Assembly: GCA_001915025.1 (NCBI GenBank)
Contig: MNDR01000039.1
Location: 1,132 to 65,131, forward strand
DNA: 64,000 bases
Direction of reading: 5' to 3'
From: Gemmatimonadetes bacterium 13_2_20CM_2_65_7
GTDB taxonomy: Bacteria; Gemmatimonadota; Gemmatimonadetes; Gemmatimonadales; GWC2-71-9
Position numbers and translations under genes: made by a program. Below the pieces are notes generated by a model. It did no database searches and had not been told where the DNA came from. It worked only from the letters and a program-made list of their open reading frames with translations. This document shows positions 16,601 to 24,720 of this stretch, one piece after another (positions within the stretch are counted from its first letter, which is position 1; each line of letters begins with the position of its first letter).

Positions 16601-17257
16601 CTTCTCGACGAGCGTTTCGTACGCCGCGTGGAACGCCGCGAAGTCCATCGACTCGGCGTGCTTGATCACCGGTACGACGAGCGCCCGGCTGCCGTCCTTC
16701 TTCTCGACGTCGACTGCTAGGCCCAGGCCGATGGCGCCTGGGTCGACGCGATGGGGCTTGCCGTCGATTTCCTGGAACGCGTGCGTCATGACCGGGAACC
16801 GCTTGGCCGCCTGCACGATCGCGTAGCCGATCAGGTGTGTGAACGAGATTTTCCTACCGCTTGCCGCGAGCTGGGCATTGAGCGCCTTGCGACGCGCGTC
16901 AAGGTTCGTGGCCGGGATGTCGCGGAAGGACGTCGCCGTCGGGACCGTCAGCGACTCCGTCATGTTGGCTACTAACCGAGCAGCCGGACCCGTCATGGGC
17001 ACGGCACCAGGAGCAGGGAGCATGGAGCGGGGAGCAGAAGGCGCTGGAGGAGAAGGCGCTGGAGCGAGAGGTGCGGGCGCGGTTACTGCTCCCTGCTCCT
17101 TGCTCCCTGCTCCCTGAATTATCGGCAGCTCCGCCAGCTTGCCGTTATCAAACAACTCCCGCCATTCCTGTCCTACGGAAGCCGGATCGCGGAGGTAGTC
17201 CTCGTACATCGCCTGGACGAAGGCGGCGTTGTGGGTGCCGAAGATGAATTCGCTCAC
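13610..17257 (-). CDS. sucA: Multifunctional 2-oxoglutarate dehydrogenase E1 with fused E2-type succinyltransferase catalytic domain (OdhA/Kgd architecture)
   Basis: The protein has an N-terminal 2-oxoglutarate-DH motif (NAAFVQAMYEDYLRDPASV) and an acyltransferase catalytic domain (TSTYDHRIIQGAESG). A TPP-dependent E1o follows (RLNVLAHV..., LLHGDAAFAGQGVV, LLLPHGYEGQGPEHSSAR). GTG 17257 (VSEFIFG...) is preferred over the tracked TTG 17290. Confidence 0.9.
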   Translation of the reverse strand: MSEFIFGTHNAAFVQAMYEDYLRDPASVGQEWRELFDNGKLAELPIIQGAGSKEQGAVTAPAPLAPAPSPPAPSAPRSMLPAPGAVPMTGPAARLVANMTESLTVPTATSFRDIPATNLDARRKALNAQLAASGRKISFTHLIGYAIVQAAKRFPVMTHAFQEIDGKPHRVDPGAIGLGLAVDVEKKDGSRALVVPVIKHAESMDFAAFHAAYETLVEKARINRLLPDDFAGGTIQLTNPGTLGTVASVPRLMKGQGSIIATGTIREITGGGTKIITITSTYDHRIIQGAESGMFLRYLDSLLQGEERFYDLVTESLAKGEGGSGKGEGYTAAPPTPAAPRSTLPSSPVPLPQPEAVGVEDLKHVAAAYALVRAHRNFGHLAAHLDPLGSEPPGDPSLDIGRLGLTPEIMARIPAEVLRIYVPGKTLADALPYLQATYCGTIAYEVEHIGSHEERLWLRQVIESGQHRRPLSADGKRQLLARLTAVDTLERFLHKAYLGQKRFSIEGLDMTVPMLDFTLELAAAHGTRQATIGMAHRGRLNVLAHVVNVPYETILAEFEGGRREETAESEGWNAGTGDVKYHHGAEGVYRTASGKDIAVMVSPNPSHLESVNPVVEGRARANQTNRSGAAVQLDVNVALPVLLHGDAAFAGQGVVAETFNLARLPGYTTGGTFHLILNNQIGFTTDPREGRSTDYSSDLAKGFDAPIVHVNADDPEACLAAVRLAMMYRDNFHGDVVIDLVGYRRYGHNEADEPAYTQPMMYERIKQTPSVRQKYAAQLAQEGVVAAAQADADAEAAYQRLAAVQQAVKSGQRADEPQRIQRQNTPEPTTAVDAETLKRLNEQLLAVPEGFAMHPKLQKQLERRRDVLMSKDGIEWAHAESLAFASLLIEGTPIRLTGQDTERGTFSQRHLVLHDIHTGARHTPIQNLPDGRASFELHNSPLSEYACLGFEYGYAVEAQDALVLWEAQFGDFANGAEVVIDQFLIAGLAKWGETSRLSLLLPHGYEGQGPEHSSARVERFLALGAEGNIRVANCTTPAQYFHLLRRQARHTEIRPLVLMTPKSLLRLPAASSQLNDLVLGQFRSVLWDRDRTWPEKVTRLLLCSGKIYYDIIASPRRTETPHVKIGRLELLYPFPGTEIGEYARRYPNLKEVVWVQEEPRNMGARKFVLPKIREALPQSVALLDVSRPERSSPAEGYPAAHKAEQERIVSAAYGS
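16201..16300. repeat. 100-bp imperfect palindrome inside kgd (E2-E1 linker), arms of CTTCCCC-like tandem units
   Basis: The left arm 16201-16233 (ggggaagggggacgggggaagagggaagggtac) matches the reverse complement of the right arm 16268-16300 at 30/33. The loop is 34 nt and has its own tgcgg/ccgca mini-stem. TTTT follows on the + strand. It encodes ...KGEGGSGKGEGYTAAPPTPAAPRSTLPSSPVPLPQ... in frame. Confidence 0.85.
17008..17116. repeat. 109-bp imperfect palindrome inside kgd (N-terminal linker), arms of CTGCTCC tandem units
   Basis: The left arm 17008-17037 matches the reverse complement of the right arm 17086-17116 at 28/31 with one indel. The 48-nt loop contains a 15-bp direct repeat agaaggcgctggag x2. 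It encodes ...QGAGSKEQGAVTAPAPLAPAPSPPAPSAPRSMLPAPGAVP... in frame. Confidence 0.85.
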
Positions 17258-17292
17258 GGGTTGGAATCTATAGGGTATCTTATTTCGCAAGT

Positions 17293-18201
17293 ATGCCGCT
17301 GCTCACAATCTCACTCTTGCTGATTGCGACTCAGACATCGGATAGCACGCTGCAAACGCGCGTGGAGGCGCGGATTGCCAAGACGCCGGCGCGCGCGGTC
17401 GGCGTTTATTATCGCGACCTCGCGGACCGCGACTCGCTAACGGTCGGTGCGGCAGCGCGGTTCCACGCCGCCAGCACGATGAAACTGCCGGTCATGATCC
17501 AGCTGTTCCGCGACCGCGACGCGGGACGCCTGTCGCTCGACGACTCGCTCACCGTCACCAACACGTTTCGCTCGATCGTCGACAGCTCGCCCTATCAACT
17601 CGATCTGACGGACGACTCCGATTCCTCGCTGTACAAACGGCTAGGTCAGCGGGTTTCGATTCGCGACTTGATCGAGCTGATGGAAACGGTGTCGAGCAAT
17701 CTTGCGACAAATCTTTTGATCGCGAAGGTCGGCGCGCAGCGTGCCAACGCCACGGCACACCTGCTCGGCGCAGATTCCATTCTTGTCTTGCGCGGCGTCG
17801 AGGATGGCAAGGCCTATCGCGCCGGGCTAAACAACACGACCACGGCCCGTGATCTGGGCATCCTACTCGCCGCCATCGCGAATGTTCGGGCAGCGTCAGG
17901 GGGATCGTGCCGAGATATGTTGGACATCCTCGGCCGACAGCAATTCAACGAGGGAATTCCAGCGGGACTCCCGCCAGGGACACGCGTCCACCACAAGACT
18001 GGTTGGATCGAAAAAGTCGTCTACCATGACGCGGCGCTTGTGCAACCTCCGGGCGACTCACGTGGTTATGTCCTCGTCGTGCTGACGGCCGGTATTCAGA
18101 AGAACGACGATGCCTACGCGCTGGTGCGTGATCTGTCACGCATCGTCTACGAATCGCGGACGCGTGATCAATCGACCGGAAGGACGGGAGGAAGCCAATG
18201 A
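17293..18201 (+). CDS. Class A beta-lactamase-related serine hydrolase
   Basis: 302 aa with the S-x-x-K (ASTMK), S-x-N (VSSNL) and KTG (HHKTGW) motifs in the canonical order. Confidence 0.8.
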   Translation: MPLLTISLLLIATQTSDSTLQTRVEARIAKTPARAVGVYYRDLADRDSLTVGAAARFHAASTMKLPVMIQLFRDRDAGRLSLDDSLTVTNTFRSIVDSSPYQLDLTDDSDSSLYKRLGQRVSIRDLIELMETVSSNLATNLLIAKVGAQRANATAHLLGADSILVLRGVEDGKAYRAGLNNTTTARDLGILLAAIANVRAASGGSCRDMLDILGRQQFNEGIPAGLPPGTRVHHKTGWIEKVVYHDAALVQPPGDSRGYVLVVLTAGIQKNDDAYALVRDLSRIVYESRTRDQSTGRTGGSQ

Positions 18202-18593
18202 AGCTGATCACCACCATCGTGCGGCCGGAGCGCCTGCCCGATGTGAAAGCGGCACTGTTTCGCGCCGGGATCACGGGAGTCACATTGAGTCGCGTGAGCG
18301 GGCACGGCGGCGAGCACGAGATCGTGAGCCAATATCGCGGCACGACGCTCGTCATGGAGTTCCACGAGAAGGTCAAGATCGAAATGGTCTGCTCCGAGCC
18401 CTTTGTGCAGCCCTGCATCGATGCGATTCTCTCGTCCGCGCGCACGGGTGAAGTGGGCGACGGCAAGATCTTCGTGCAGCCGATCGAGCGGGTGATTCGC
18501 ATTCGGACCGGCGAGCAGAACAATGAGGCGCTCACGGCCGTGAACGCCGATGAGGTGCAGCAGGCGGCATTGCGCGCCGCCGACGAAGCATGA
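18198..18593 (+). CDS. glnK: P-II nitrogen regulatory protein
   Basis: MKLITTIVRPERLPDVKAAL...GDGKIFVQPIERVIRIRTGE is the P-II fold signature. It has an ATGA overlap with the upstream gene and sits directly upstream of amtB. The T-loop reads QYRGTTLVMEF, so the Tyr51 equivalent is Leu. Confidence 0.85.
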   Translation: MKLITTIVRPERLPDVKAALFRAGITGVTLSRVSGHGGEHEIVSQYRGTTLVMEFHEKVKIEMVCSEPFVQPCIDAILSSARTGEVGDGKIFVQPIERVIRIRTGEQNNEALTAVNADEVQQAALRAADEA

Positions 18594-19933
18594 CGCAGAC
18601 GGCGGCGATCTCCGCCGGCGATACCGCGTGGGTGCTCGCGTCGAGCGCCCTGGTGCTGCTGATGACGGTGGGGCTCGCGTGCTTCTACAGCGGGCTCGTT
18701 CGTTCCAAGAATTCCCTCAACACAATGATGATGAGCATCGTCGCCATGGGCGCGATCGGCGTGCAGTGGGTGCTGCTCGGCTATTCGCTCGCGTTCGCTC
18801 CGGGATCGGGATGGCTGGGCGGGCTCGCGTGGGTCGCGTTGCGCGGCGTCGGCGCCGAACCGAATCCGGCATACGCCGCCACGATTCCTCAGCAGGCACA
18901 CGCGGTCTATCAGGCGATGTTCGCCGTCATCACGCCCGCGCTGATCTCCGGCGCCATCGTCGAGCGGATGCGCTTCCGCGCCTACCTCGCATTTCTCGTT
19001 CTCTGGTCGACGCTCGTGTACGCACCGTTGGCGCATTGGGTCTGGGGCGCGGGTGGCTGGCTGCAAAAGATGGGCGCGCTCGATTTCGCGGGAGGCACGG
19101 TGGTGCACGTCAGCGCTGGGGTGTCGGCGCTCGTCGCCGCCTGGTTCCTCGGACCGCGACGCGACTACCGCAGAGTTCCGATATCGCCGCACAATGTGCC
19201 GCTGGTCCTCATCGGCGCAGGACTCTTGTGGTTCGGCTGGTTCGGTTTCAACGCCGGCTCGGCGCTCGCGGCCAACGGACTCGCCGCCCAGGCATTCGTG
19301 AACACGAACGCCGCAGCGGCCGCTGCCGTGCTGACGTGGGCGGTCCTCGATTCGACCCGGACTGGGAAGATCACGGCTGTCGGCGCCGCGACGGGTGCCG
19401 TCGTGGGATTGGTCGGAATCACGCCCGCCGCCGGTTACGTCACCGCACCGGCATCGCTTGCCATCGGCGTGATCTGTGTGCTGATCAGCTATTTCGCGAT
19501 GCAGCGCCGCTCGAGAAGCCGGCTCGATGACTCACTCGACGTGTTTTCGTGCCATGGTCTGGCCGGCATGGCGGGCGCTTTGCTCACCGGTGTGTTCGCG
19601 ACGAAGCTCGCGAATCCGGGAGCGGCGAACGGTCTGTTCTATGGAAACCCGGGGCAGATGCTGGTGCAGCTGTATGCGGTCTTAGCGGCGGTGATCATCG
19701 CCGCGGTCGGCACGGTGGTGATTCTTGCGATCGTCCGCGCAACACTGGGTACACGCGCCAGGATCGCGGACGAGATGCTAGGGCTCGATCTCAGCGAGCA
19801 TGGCGAGGAAGCGTATTTCGGCGGCGAGGCGGCGCTGGGTGGAAGCGCGTTGGCGCAGAGCGTGATCGTCGCGGAGGACCCGGGTCCCCCGGAGCCTGAA
19901 CGGCGGGGGGGGGGCGCTGCAAAGAAGCGCTAG
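18590..19933 (+). CDS. amtB: Ammonium transporter
   Basis: 447 aa polytopic protein with Amt motifs (DFAGGTVVHVSAGVSALV, LLWFGWFGFNAGSAL, SCHGLAGMAGALLTGVFA). Confidence 0.9.
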   Translation: MTQTAAISAGDTAWVLASSALVLLMTVGLACFYSGLVRSKNSLNTMMMSIVAMGAIGVQWVLLGYSLAFAPGSGWLGGLAWVALRGVGAEPNPAYAATIPQQAHAVYQAMFAVITPALISGAIVERMRFRAYLAFLVLWSTLVYAPLAHWVWGAGGWLQKMGALDFAGGTVVHVSAGVSALVAAWFLGPRRDYRRVPISPHNVPLVLIGAGLLWFGWFGFNAGSALAANGLAAQAFVNTNAAAAAAVLTWAVLDSTRTGKITAVGAATGAVVGLVGITPAAGYVTAPASLAIGVICVLISYFAMQRRSRSRLDDSLDVFSCHGLAGMAGALLTGVFATKLANPGAANGLFYGNPGQMLVQLYAVLAAVIIAAVGTVVILAIVRATLGTRARIADEMLGLDLSEHGEEAYFGGEAALGGSALAQSVIVAEDPGPPEPERRGGGAAKKR

Positions 19934-21228
19934 CTGACGCGCCGTGTCTTCCTTCTCATGAAGTCCATCAAAATGAACTGGCCCAGCGTCATCGTGTTCG
20001 TGAAGTAGGCCTTCCCCCGGCAGATCGCCGAGACCTTCTTTACGAACTCGACCAGGCTGCGGTCGCGCGCGAGCATGAACGTGTTGATCAGGATGCCGCT
20101 GCGGCGGCACAGCGCGACCTCGCGGTAGGTCGCCTGGAGAATGTGCGGGTCGAGGCCCATCGAGTTGACGTAGATCCGGCCGTCGGGCTGCGTCAGCGCC
20201 GATGGCTTCCCATCGGTGATCATGATGATCTGCCGCATGTCCTTGCGCTGACCCATCAGGATCCGGCGCGCCAGCTTCAGCCCTTCCGTCGTGTTCGTGT
20301 GATACGGCCCCACCTGCGCGTGCGCCAACTGGCCGATCGGAATCTCCTCGGCCGTATCGTGGAACAGCACGACCCGCAGCGTGTCGCCGGGGAACTGCGT
20401 GCGAATCAGGTGCGTGAGCGCGAGCGCGACTTTTTTCGCCGGTGTGAAGCGATCTTCGCCGTACAGAATCATCGAGTGCGAGCAGTCGAGCATCAGCACT
20501 GTCGCGGACGACGAGCGGTATTCCGCCTGATGCACCATCAAATCGTCGTACTCGAGATTGATCGGCACGCCGAGACCTTCGCGCTTCAGTGCGTGCGATA
20601 GCGTCGCGTTGACGTCGAGGTTCAGCGTGTCACCATACTCGTAACGCTTGCTCGCGGCCTCGGCCTCGACGCCCGTCGCCAGGTGCTCCGTCTCGTGCGC
20701 GCCGAAGCTCGATTTGCCGATGCTCCCCAGCAAATGCTTCAGGGTTCGATAACCGAGAAAATCGATGCCTTTGTCGGTGAGATTGAACTGCACCTGCTGC
20801 GCGGCTTCCTTGGCCATGCCGCCTGGGCCGAGCACCGGCTGCTGCGCGCCGGGCATCTTCGGGGCCTGCTGCAGATTCAGATATCCCTCCTCGATCAGCT
20901 TCTGCACGATCTGATCGAGCAGCTCGGCAAGCTGGCGCTGCAGCTCCGCGTCCTTTTGCGCGTCGCCGGTCGAGTCGCCCCGCAGGACGTTGAGCATGTC
21001 CTGTGTGAGCTGGCCCGAGTCCATCAGCGCCTGGAGAATCGCCTGGCGGAGCGCGTCCAGTGAGCGGTCGGGATCTTCCTCGCCGAACTCGCCCCAGAAC
21101 GGATGCGAGTACGGACCGCCGGCGAACCCGGATTGCAACAGGAAGTCCGCGAGCTGATCGAGCAGCGCCTGGAGATTGAGCGTCTCGAGCAGACCGGGGA
21201 CGTAGCGGCTGTAAGTCGTGTGTCGCAT
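19930..21228 (-). CDS. VWA domain-containing protein (BchD/CoxE-like partner of a chelatase-type ATPase)
   Basis: 432 aa. The C-terminal von Willebrand A domain has a MIDAS-like motif [14 protein letters not shown]. The stop overlaps the amtB stop (CTAG). Confidence 0.7.
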   Translation of the reverse strand: MRHTTYSRYVPGLLETLNLQALLDQLADFLLQSGFAGGPYSHPFWGEFGEEDPDRSLDALRQAILQALMDSGQLTQDMLNVLRGDSTGDAQKDAELQRQLAELLDQIVQKLIEEGYLNLQQAPKMPGAQQPVLGPGGMAKEAAQQVQFNLTDKGIDFLGYRTLKHLLGSIGKSSFGAHETEHLATGVEAEAASKRYEYGDTLNLDVNATLSHALKREGLGVPINLEYDDLMVHQAEYRSSSATVLMLDCSHSMILYGEDRFTPAKKVALALTHLIRTQFPGDTLRVVLFHDTAEEIPIGQLAHAQVGPYHTNTTEGLKLARRILMGQRKDMRQIIMITDGKPSALTQPDGRIYVNSMGLDPHILQATYREVALCRRSGILINTFMLARDRSLVEFVKKVSAICRGKAYFTNTMTLGQFILMDFMRRKTRRVS

Positions 21229-21253
21229 CGCCCTCTAATCTAGCACCGATACA

Positions 21254-21898
21254 TCAGCCGATCGTAACGACGAAAGCATCAGGCTCCCGATGCACGTGCA
21301 TCGCAGTGAAATCGGGGATCGTGGCGTCGGCGTCCGTGAGCTCCTCTGCCGCGAGCATCGTGGTGAGCGCAATCACACGAGCGCCGGCGTTACGCGCTGC
21401 GGTGATGCCGGCTGGCGCGTCTTCGAACACGATACATGCTGCGGCGTCTTGTCCGAGGCGCTTCGCGCCCAGCCGATACCCATCCGGCGCCGGCTTCCCG
21501 TGTGCGACGTCCTCGCTGGTCACCACGATCCTCGGGATCGGCAGCCCGACAGACGTCAATCGCAGTTCCGCCAGCGCACGTCCGCAGGACGTCACGACGG
21601 CCCAGCTCGTTGGCGGGAGGGCGGCCAGGAGCTCTGGGGACCCCGGCACCGCGCTGAGGCCATCGATGTCGGCAAGCTCCACGGCGTCAATCCACGCCGC
21701 TTCCCGATCGGTCTCGAGATGGGGCGCTGCGGCCTTTACCGTGTCGCGCGTGCGACGCCCATGCGCGATGCGAAGGACTTCATCAGGGTCGAGTTGATGG
21801 CGTAGGGCCCAGCGGCGACAGGTCCGCTCGACGACCGCCCGTGAATCGACGAGCACGCCGTCCAGGTCAAAAAGCAACGCCGAGCAGCGGAATTGCAT
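21254..21898 (-). CDS. HAD-IA family hydrolase (phosphatase)
   Basis: Motif I LLFDLDGVLVDS, motif II VVTS, and a motif IV-type FEDAPAGITAAR. Confidence 0.8.
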   Translation of the reverse strand: MQFRCSALLFDLDGVLVDSRAVVERTCRRWALRHQLDPDEVLRIAHGRRTRDTVKAAAPHLETDREAAWIDAVELADIDGLSAVPGSPELLAALPPTSWAVVTSCGRALAELRLTSVGLPIPRIVVTSEDVAHGKPAPDGYRLGAKRLGQDAAACIVFEDAPAGITAARNAGARVIALTTMLAAEELTDADATIPDFTAMHVHREPDAFVVTIG

Positions 21899-21917
21899 AG
21901 TGCCTTAATTTGCTGCC

Positions 21918-23141
21918 ATGACGGAAGCCGCGCGACGCTACGGGTTCGGGGCTCTCGCCCACCGCAACTTCCGTCTCTTCTTCATCGGTCAGGGCATCTC
22001 CCTCGTCGGCACGTGGATGCAGAACGTCGGCGAGGGATGGTTGATCCTCACGCTGACCAACTCGCCGTTCTACGTTGGTCTCACCGCTGCCCTCAGCTCA
22101 CTCGGCGTGCTGCTGTTCAGCCTCTACGCCGGCGTGGTCGCGGATCGCGTCGACAAGCGTCGTGTCATCATCTTCATGCAGCTCGCCTTCATGATCGAGG
22201 CGTTCACCGTCGCCATCCTCGTCTGGACCGGCGTCATCGCGGTCTGGCAGGTGCTGGTCCTGGCGACCGTGCTCGGCATCGCGAGCGCCTTCGATATCCC
22301 GATGCGGCAGTCGTTCATCGTCGAAATGGTCGGCAAAGACGACTTGATGAACGCGATCGCGCTGAATTCATCGCTCTTCAACGGCGCTCGCGTGATCGGG
22401 CCCGCGATCGCGGGCTTCCTGATCGGTGCATTGGGCATCGCGTGGTGTTACTTCCTGAATGGCCTGAGCTACATCGCGGTCATCGCGGGCCTGCTTTTGA
22501 TGCGGCTGCCGGCGATGATCCGCCCGGCGAGGACGACGTCAACCTGGGGCGGCTTTCGCGAAGTCCTCACGTTTCTGCGCAGCGATCGGCGCATCCGATC
22601 GCTGATGATACAGACAGCGATTTTGAGCGTCTTTGGTTTTCCTTACATAGCAATGATGCCGGTCTTTGCACGCGATGTGTTGCATCGCGGCGCAGCGGGC
22701 TACGGCGCGCTCACGTCGTCGATCGGCATTGGTGCCGTCATTGGTGCACTCGGCATCGCATTGAGTGCGACGCGCCTGCGCGCGCGGGGGCGGCTGATGC
22801 TGGTTGGCGGGACCGCGTTCGGCATTCTCCTGATTCTGTTTTCCGCGTCGCGCGTGCTGGCGCTGTCGGTGGTGCTGCTCGCGCTCGCGGGATGCGCCAT
22901 GATCGTGAACAACTCGATCACCAATACGCTGCTCCAGACCGCCGCGCCCGATCATCTGCGCGGCCGGATCATGGGGTTCTATTCGTTCGTGTTCGTGGGA
23001 ATGGCGCCCTTCGGTGCGTTCCTATTCGGGCTCGTGGCCGAGCACGTGGGAGTCCCGCACACCCTCGCGGCGGGGGGCGCGATTGTCGCGCTGGCCGTCG
23101 TCATTACTGCGATCCGCGTCCCGGAGCTACGCCAAGCCTAA
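21918..23141 (+). CDS. MFS transporter (EntS/MFS_3-like)
   Basis: 407 aa with about 12 TM helices. The N-terminal FRLFFIGQGISLVGTWMQ and ADRVDKRRV loop are typical of this MFS subfamily. Confidence 0.75.
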   Translation: MTEAARRYGFGALAHRNFRLFFIGQGISLVGTWMQNVGEGWLILTLTNSPFYVGLTAALSSLGVLLFSLYAGVVADRVDKRRVIIFMQLAFMIEAFTVAILVWTGVIAVWQVLVLATVLGIASAFDIPMRQSFIVEMVGKDDLMNAIALNSSLFNGARVIGPAIAGFLIGALGIAWCYFLNGLSYIAVIAGLLLMRLPAMIRPARTTSTWGGFREVLTFLRSDRRIRSLMIQTAILSVFGFPYIAMMPVFARDVLHRGAAGYGALTSSIGIGAVIGALGIALSATRLRARGRLMLVGGTAFGILLILFSASRVLALSVVLLALAGCAMIVNNSITNTLLQTAAPDHLRGRIMGFYSFVFVGMAPFGAFLFGLVAEHVGVPHTLAAGGAIVALAVVITAIRVPELRQA

Positions 23142-23773
23142 CTCCAGCCGCGCCGTCTTACGTCGGCGACAATGAGTTCGGCTGCACCGTCGAACCGCAG
23201 CCGCTCTGCGTTCAACACGATGTCATACTGTGTAAGGTCCTGCCGATCGCGACCGTAACGGGTCTTGACGTACTCATCGCGCTGCCGATCGGTCTCTTCC
23301 ATCACTTTCTCGGCATTCGCGGGGTCGACGCCCAGTCTCTCGACGGCGATCTTCTTCCGGAACGCTTTCGATGCGATAACGTAGACGTGCAGCGCGTTCG
23401 GTCGCATCGCCAGGATTGCCTGCGCACCGCGTCCCACCAGCACCACTCGTCCCTCGTTCGCCGCCTCCGTGATGACGCGCTCGGTCATCTTGACGATCGT
23501 TTCCTCCTCGGTCTCGACGAGGGGCGGTGACCCGCCGGTGCTGACGAACATCTCCGGCGACGCGACAGCCAGCGTGCGTGCCAGCCGCTCCAGCAGACCC
23601 GGCGCGCGCTCTTCGCGACGCGCGACTTCATCCGGCGACAGCCCGGCGAGGCGCGCCACTTGATCGACGAACTCGTTGTCGATCAGCGTCCACCCCAGGC
23701 GCTGGACGACCAGCCGGGCGATCTCCGAGCCGCCGGACGCGTACTGCCGCGTGATGGTGACGAGCGGCTTTAC
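23138..23773 (-). CDS. Cytidylate kinase-like family protein (Cytidylate_kin2-type); start codon unresolved
   Basis: The tracked ORF starts at GTG 23659. The same frame stays open upstream and encodes the family's conserved N-terminus (V)KPLVTITRQYASGGSEIARLVVQRLGWTLIDNEFVDQ. There is no ATG, GTG or TTG between 23660 and 23773. GTA 23773..23771 overlaps the upstream TAA (GTAA). Confidence 0.6.
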   Translation of the reverse strand, partial: VKPLVTITRQYASGGSEIARLVVQRLGWTLIDNEFVDQVARLAGLSPDEVARREERAPGLLERLARTLAVASPEMFVSTGGSPPLVETEEETIVKMTERVITEAANEGRVVLVGRGAQAILAMRPNALHVYVIASKAFRKKIAVERLGVDPANAEKVMEETDRQRDEYVKTRYGRDRQDLTQYDIVLNAERLRFDGAAELIVADVRRRGWS

Positions 23774-24696
23774 GGCTGACGAAGATTGCGTCGGAGATCT
23801 CCGATATTGAGCATCGGAATGCCGCCCTGGGTCGGCACGAGAATCACGAGGTTGTTCGAAGACTTGAGCTCCCGCAGCACATCGAAGTACTGCCGCGTCA
23901 GCGCTTCCGGCGTGAGCGTCGTGTTGAGGAGCCGCTGTTGCTCGGCCTGCAGCCGGGCCACCTCGACGCGGTGACGTTCCGTCTCCACCTGCTGCTCCTG
24001 CGCGATCTTGTTGTTGATCGCCTGGACGACCTGCGCGGGTGGCTGCAGGTCGCGCAAGAAGAACGCCGTGACCTGCGCGATCCGGAATGGCGGGCCGCCG
24101 GCGCGCGGTTGGGTGACGAGCGCGGAATCGACGAGCGCTTCCATGGTCTGCGCGATCTTGGTGCGCTTGGAGATGTCGTTGATCGAGTACTGCACCATGC
24201 CGTCGCGCACGCCCTTGCGGATGGCATTGCGGACCGCGCTGTGGATCTGGTTCTCGTCTCCGATCTCCGTGTAGATGCGCGCTGCCTGCTGCGGATCGAT
24301 CTGCCAGCGGATGCCGACGTCCACGGTCATCCCCATCTGTTCGCTGGAAAGGGCCGCAATCTCCTCCACCTGATCGCCGGTGAATGGGTACTGCTCTTCG
24401 CGCGTCGTGAAGTGCTCGACCGATGACCAGGGTGTGACCACGCGGATGCCCGGCAGCAGCGGTTTCGGATCCACGAAGCCGAACGCATGGCGCACGCCGA
24501 CTTGGCCCGCGTTGATCACCACCAACGTCGATCCGAGGACGACCACCACGCCGACAAACAGCGCGACGTAGCTGAGAATGCGCAGCGTGCTGCCGATGGG
24601 GCGACCGGCGCTGCCCTCGGTGCGCACGGTGGCGGCGCCGAGGCGCAGGAAGAACGCTAGCGCGAGGAGTGCAAACCCAAAGACGAGCTGTCCCAT
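23770..24696 (-). CDS. SPFH/Band 7 (prohibitin/HflC-like) membrane protein
   Basis: 308 aa with an N-terminal TM region, an SPFH core (INAGQVGVRHAFG...) and a coiled-coil C-terminus. AGGAG lies 6 nt upstream of the ATG. Confidence 0.8.
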   Translation of the reverse strand: MGQLVFGFALLALAFFLRLGAATVRTEGSAGRPIGSTLRILSYVALFVGVVVVLGSTLVVINAGQVGVRHAFGFVDPKPLLPGIRVVTPWSSVEHFTTREEQYPFTGDQVEEIAALSSEQMGMTVDVGIRWQIDPQQAARIYTEIGDENQIHSAVRNAIRKGVRDGMVQYSINDISKRTKIAQTMEALVDSALVTQPRAGGPPFRIAQVTAFFLRDLQPPAQVVQAINNKIAQEQQVETERHRVEVARLQAEQQRLLNTTLTPEALTRQYFDVLRELKSSNNLVILVPTQGGIPMLNIGDLRRNLRQP

Positions 24697-24720
24697 GGCG
24701 ACTCCTGGATGTGAAAGGGA

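Noticed and set aside
14891-16720. 609-aa ORF on the + strand
   Set aside because: It is antisense to kgd with the same low-complexity R/H/D/G composition. The minus-strand frame carries all the conserved E1o motifs.
17945-19192. 415-aa minus-strand ORF
   Set aside because: It is antisense to the 3' end of the beta-lactamase-like gene and to glnK and amtB, all of which have clear family motifs on the + strand.
19930-19933. Overlapping convergent stop codons (CTAG at 19930-19933, CTAA at 58187-58190, TTAG at 44740-44743)
   Set aside because: These are a consequence of extreme gene packing, and I can support no specific function for them.
21893-23530. 545-aa + strand ORF overlapping the MFS gene in another frame
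   Set aside because: Frame 21918..23141 gives a 12-TM MFS protein. The alternative frame is R/H-rich and runs into the convergent gene.
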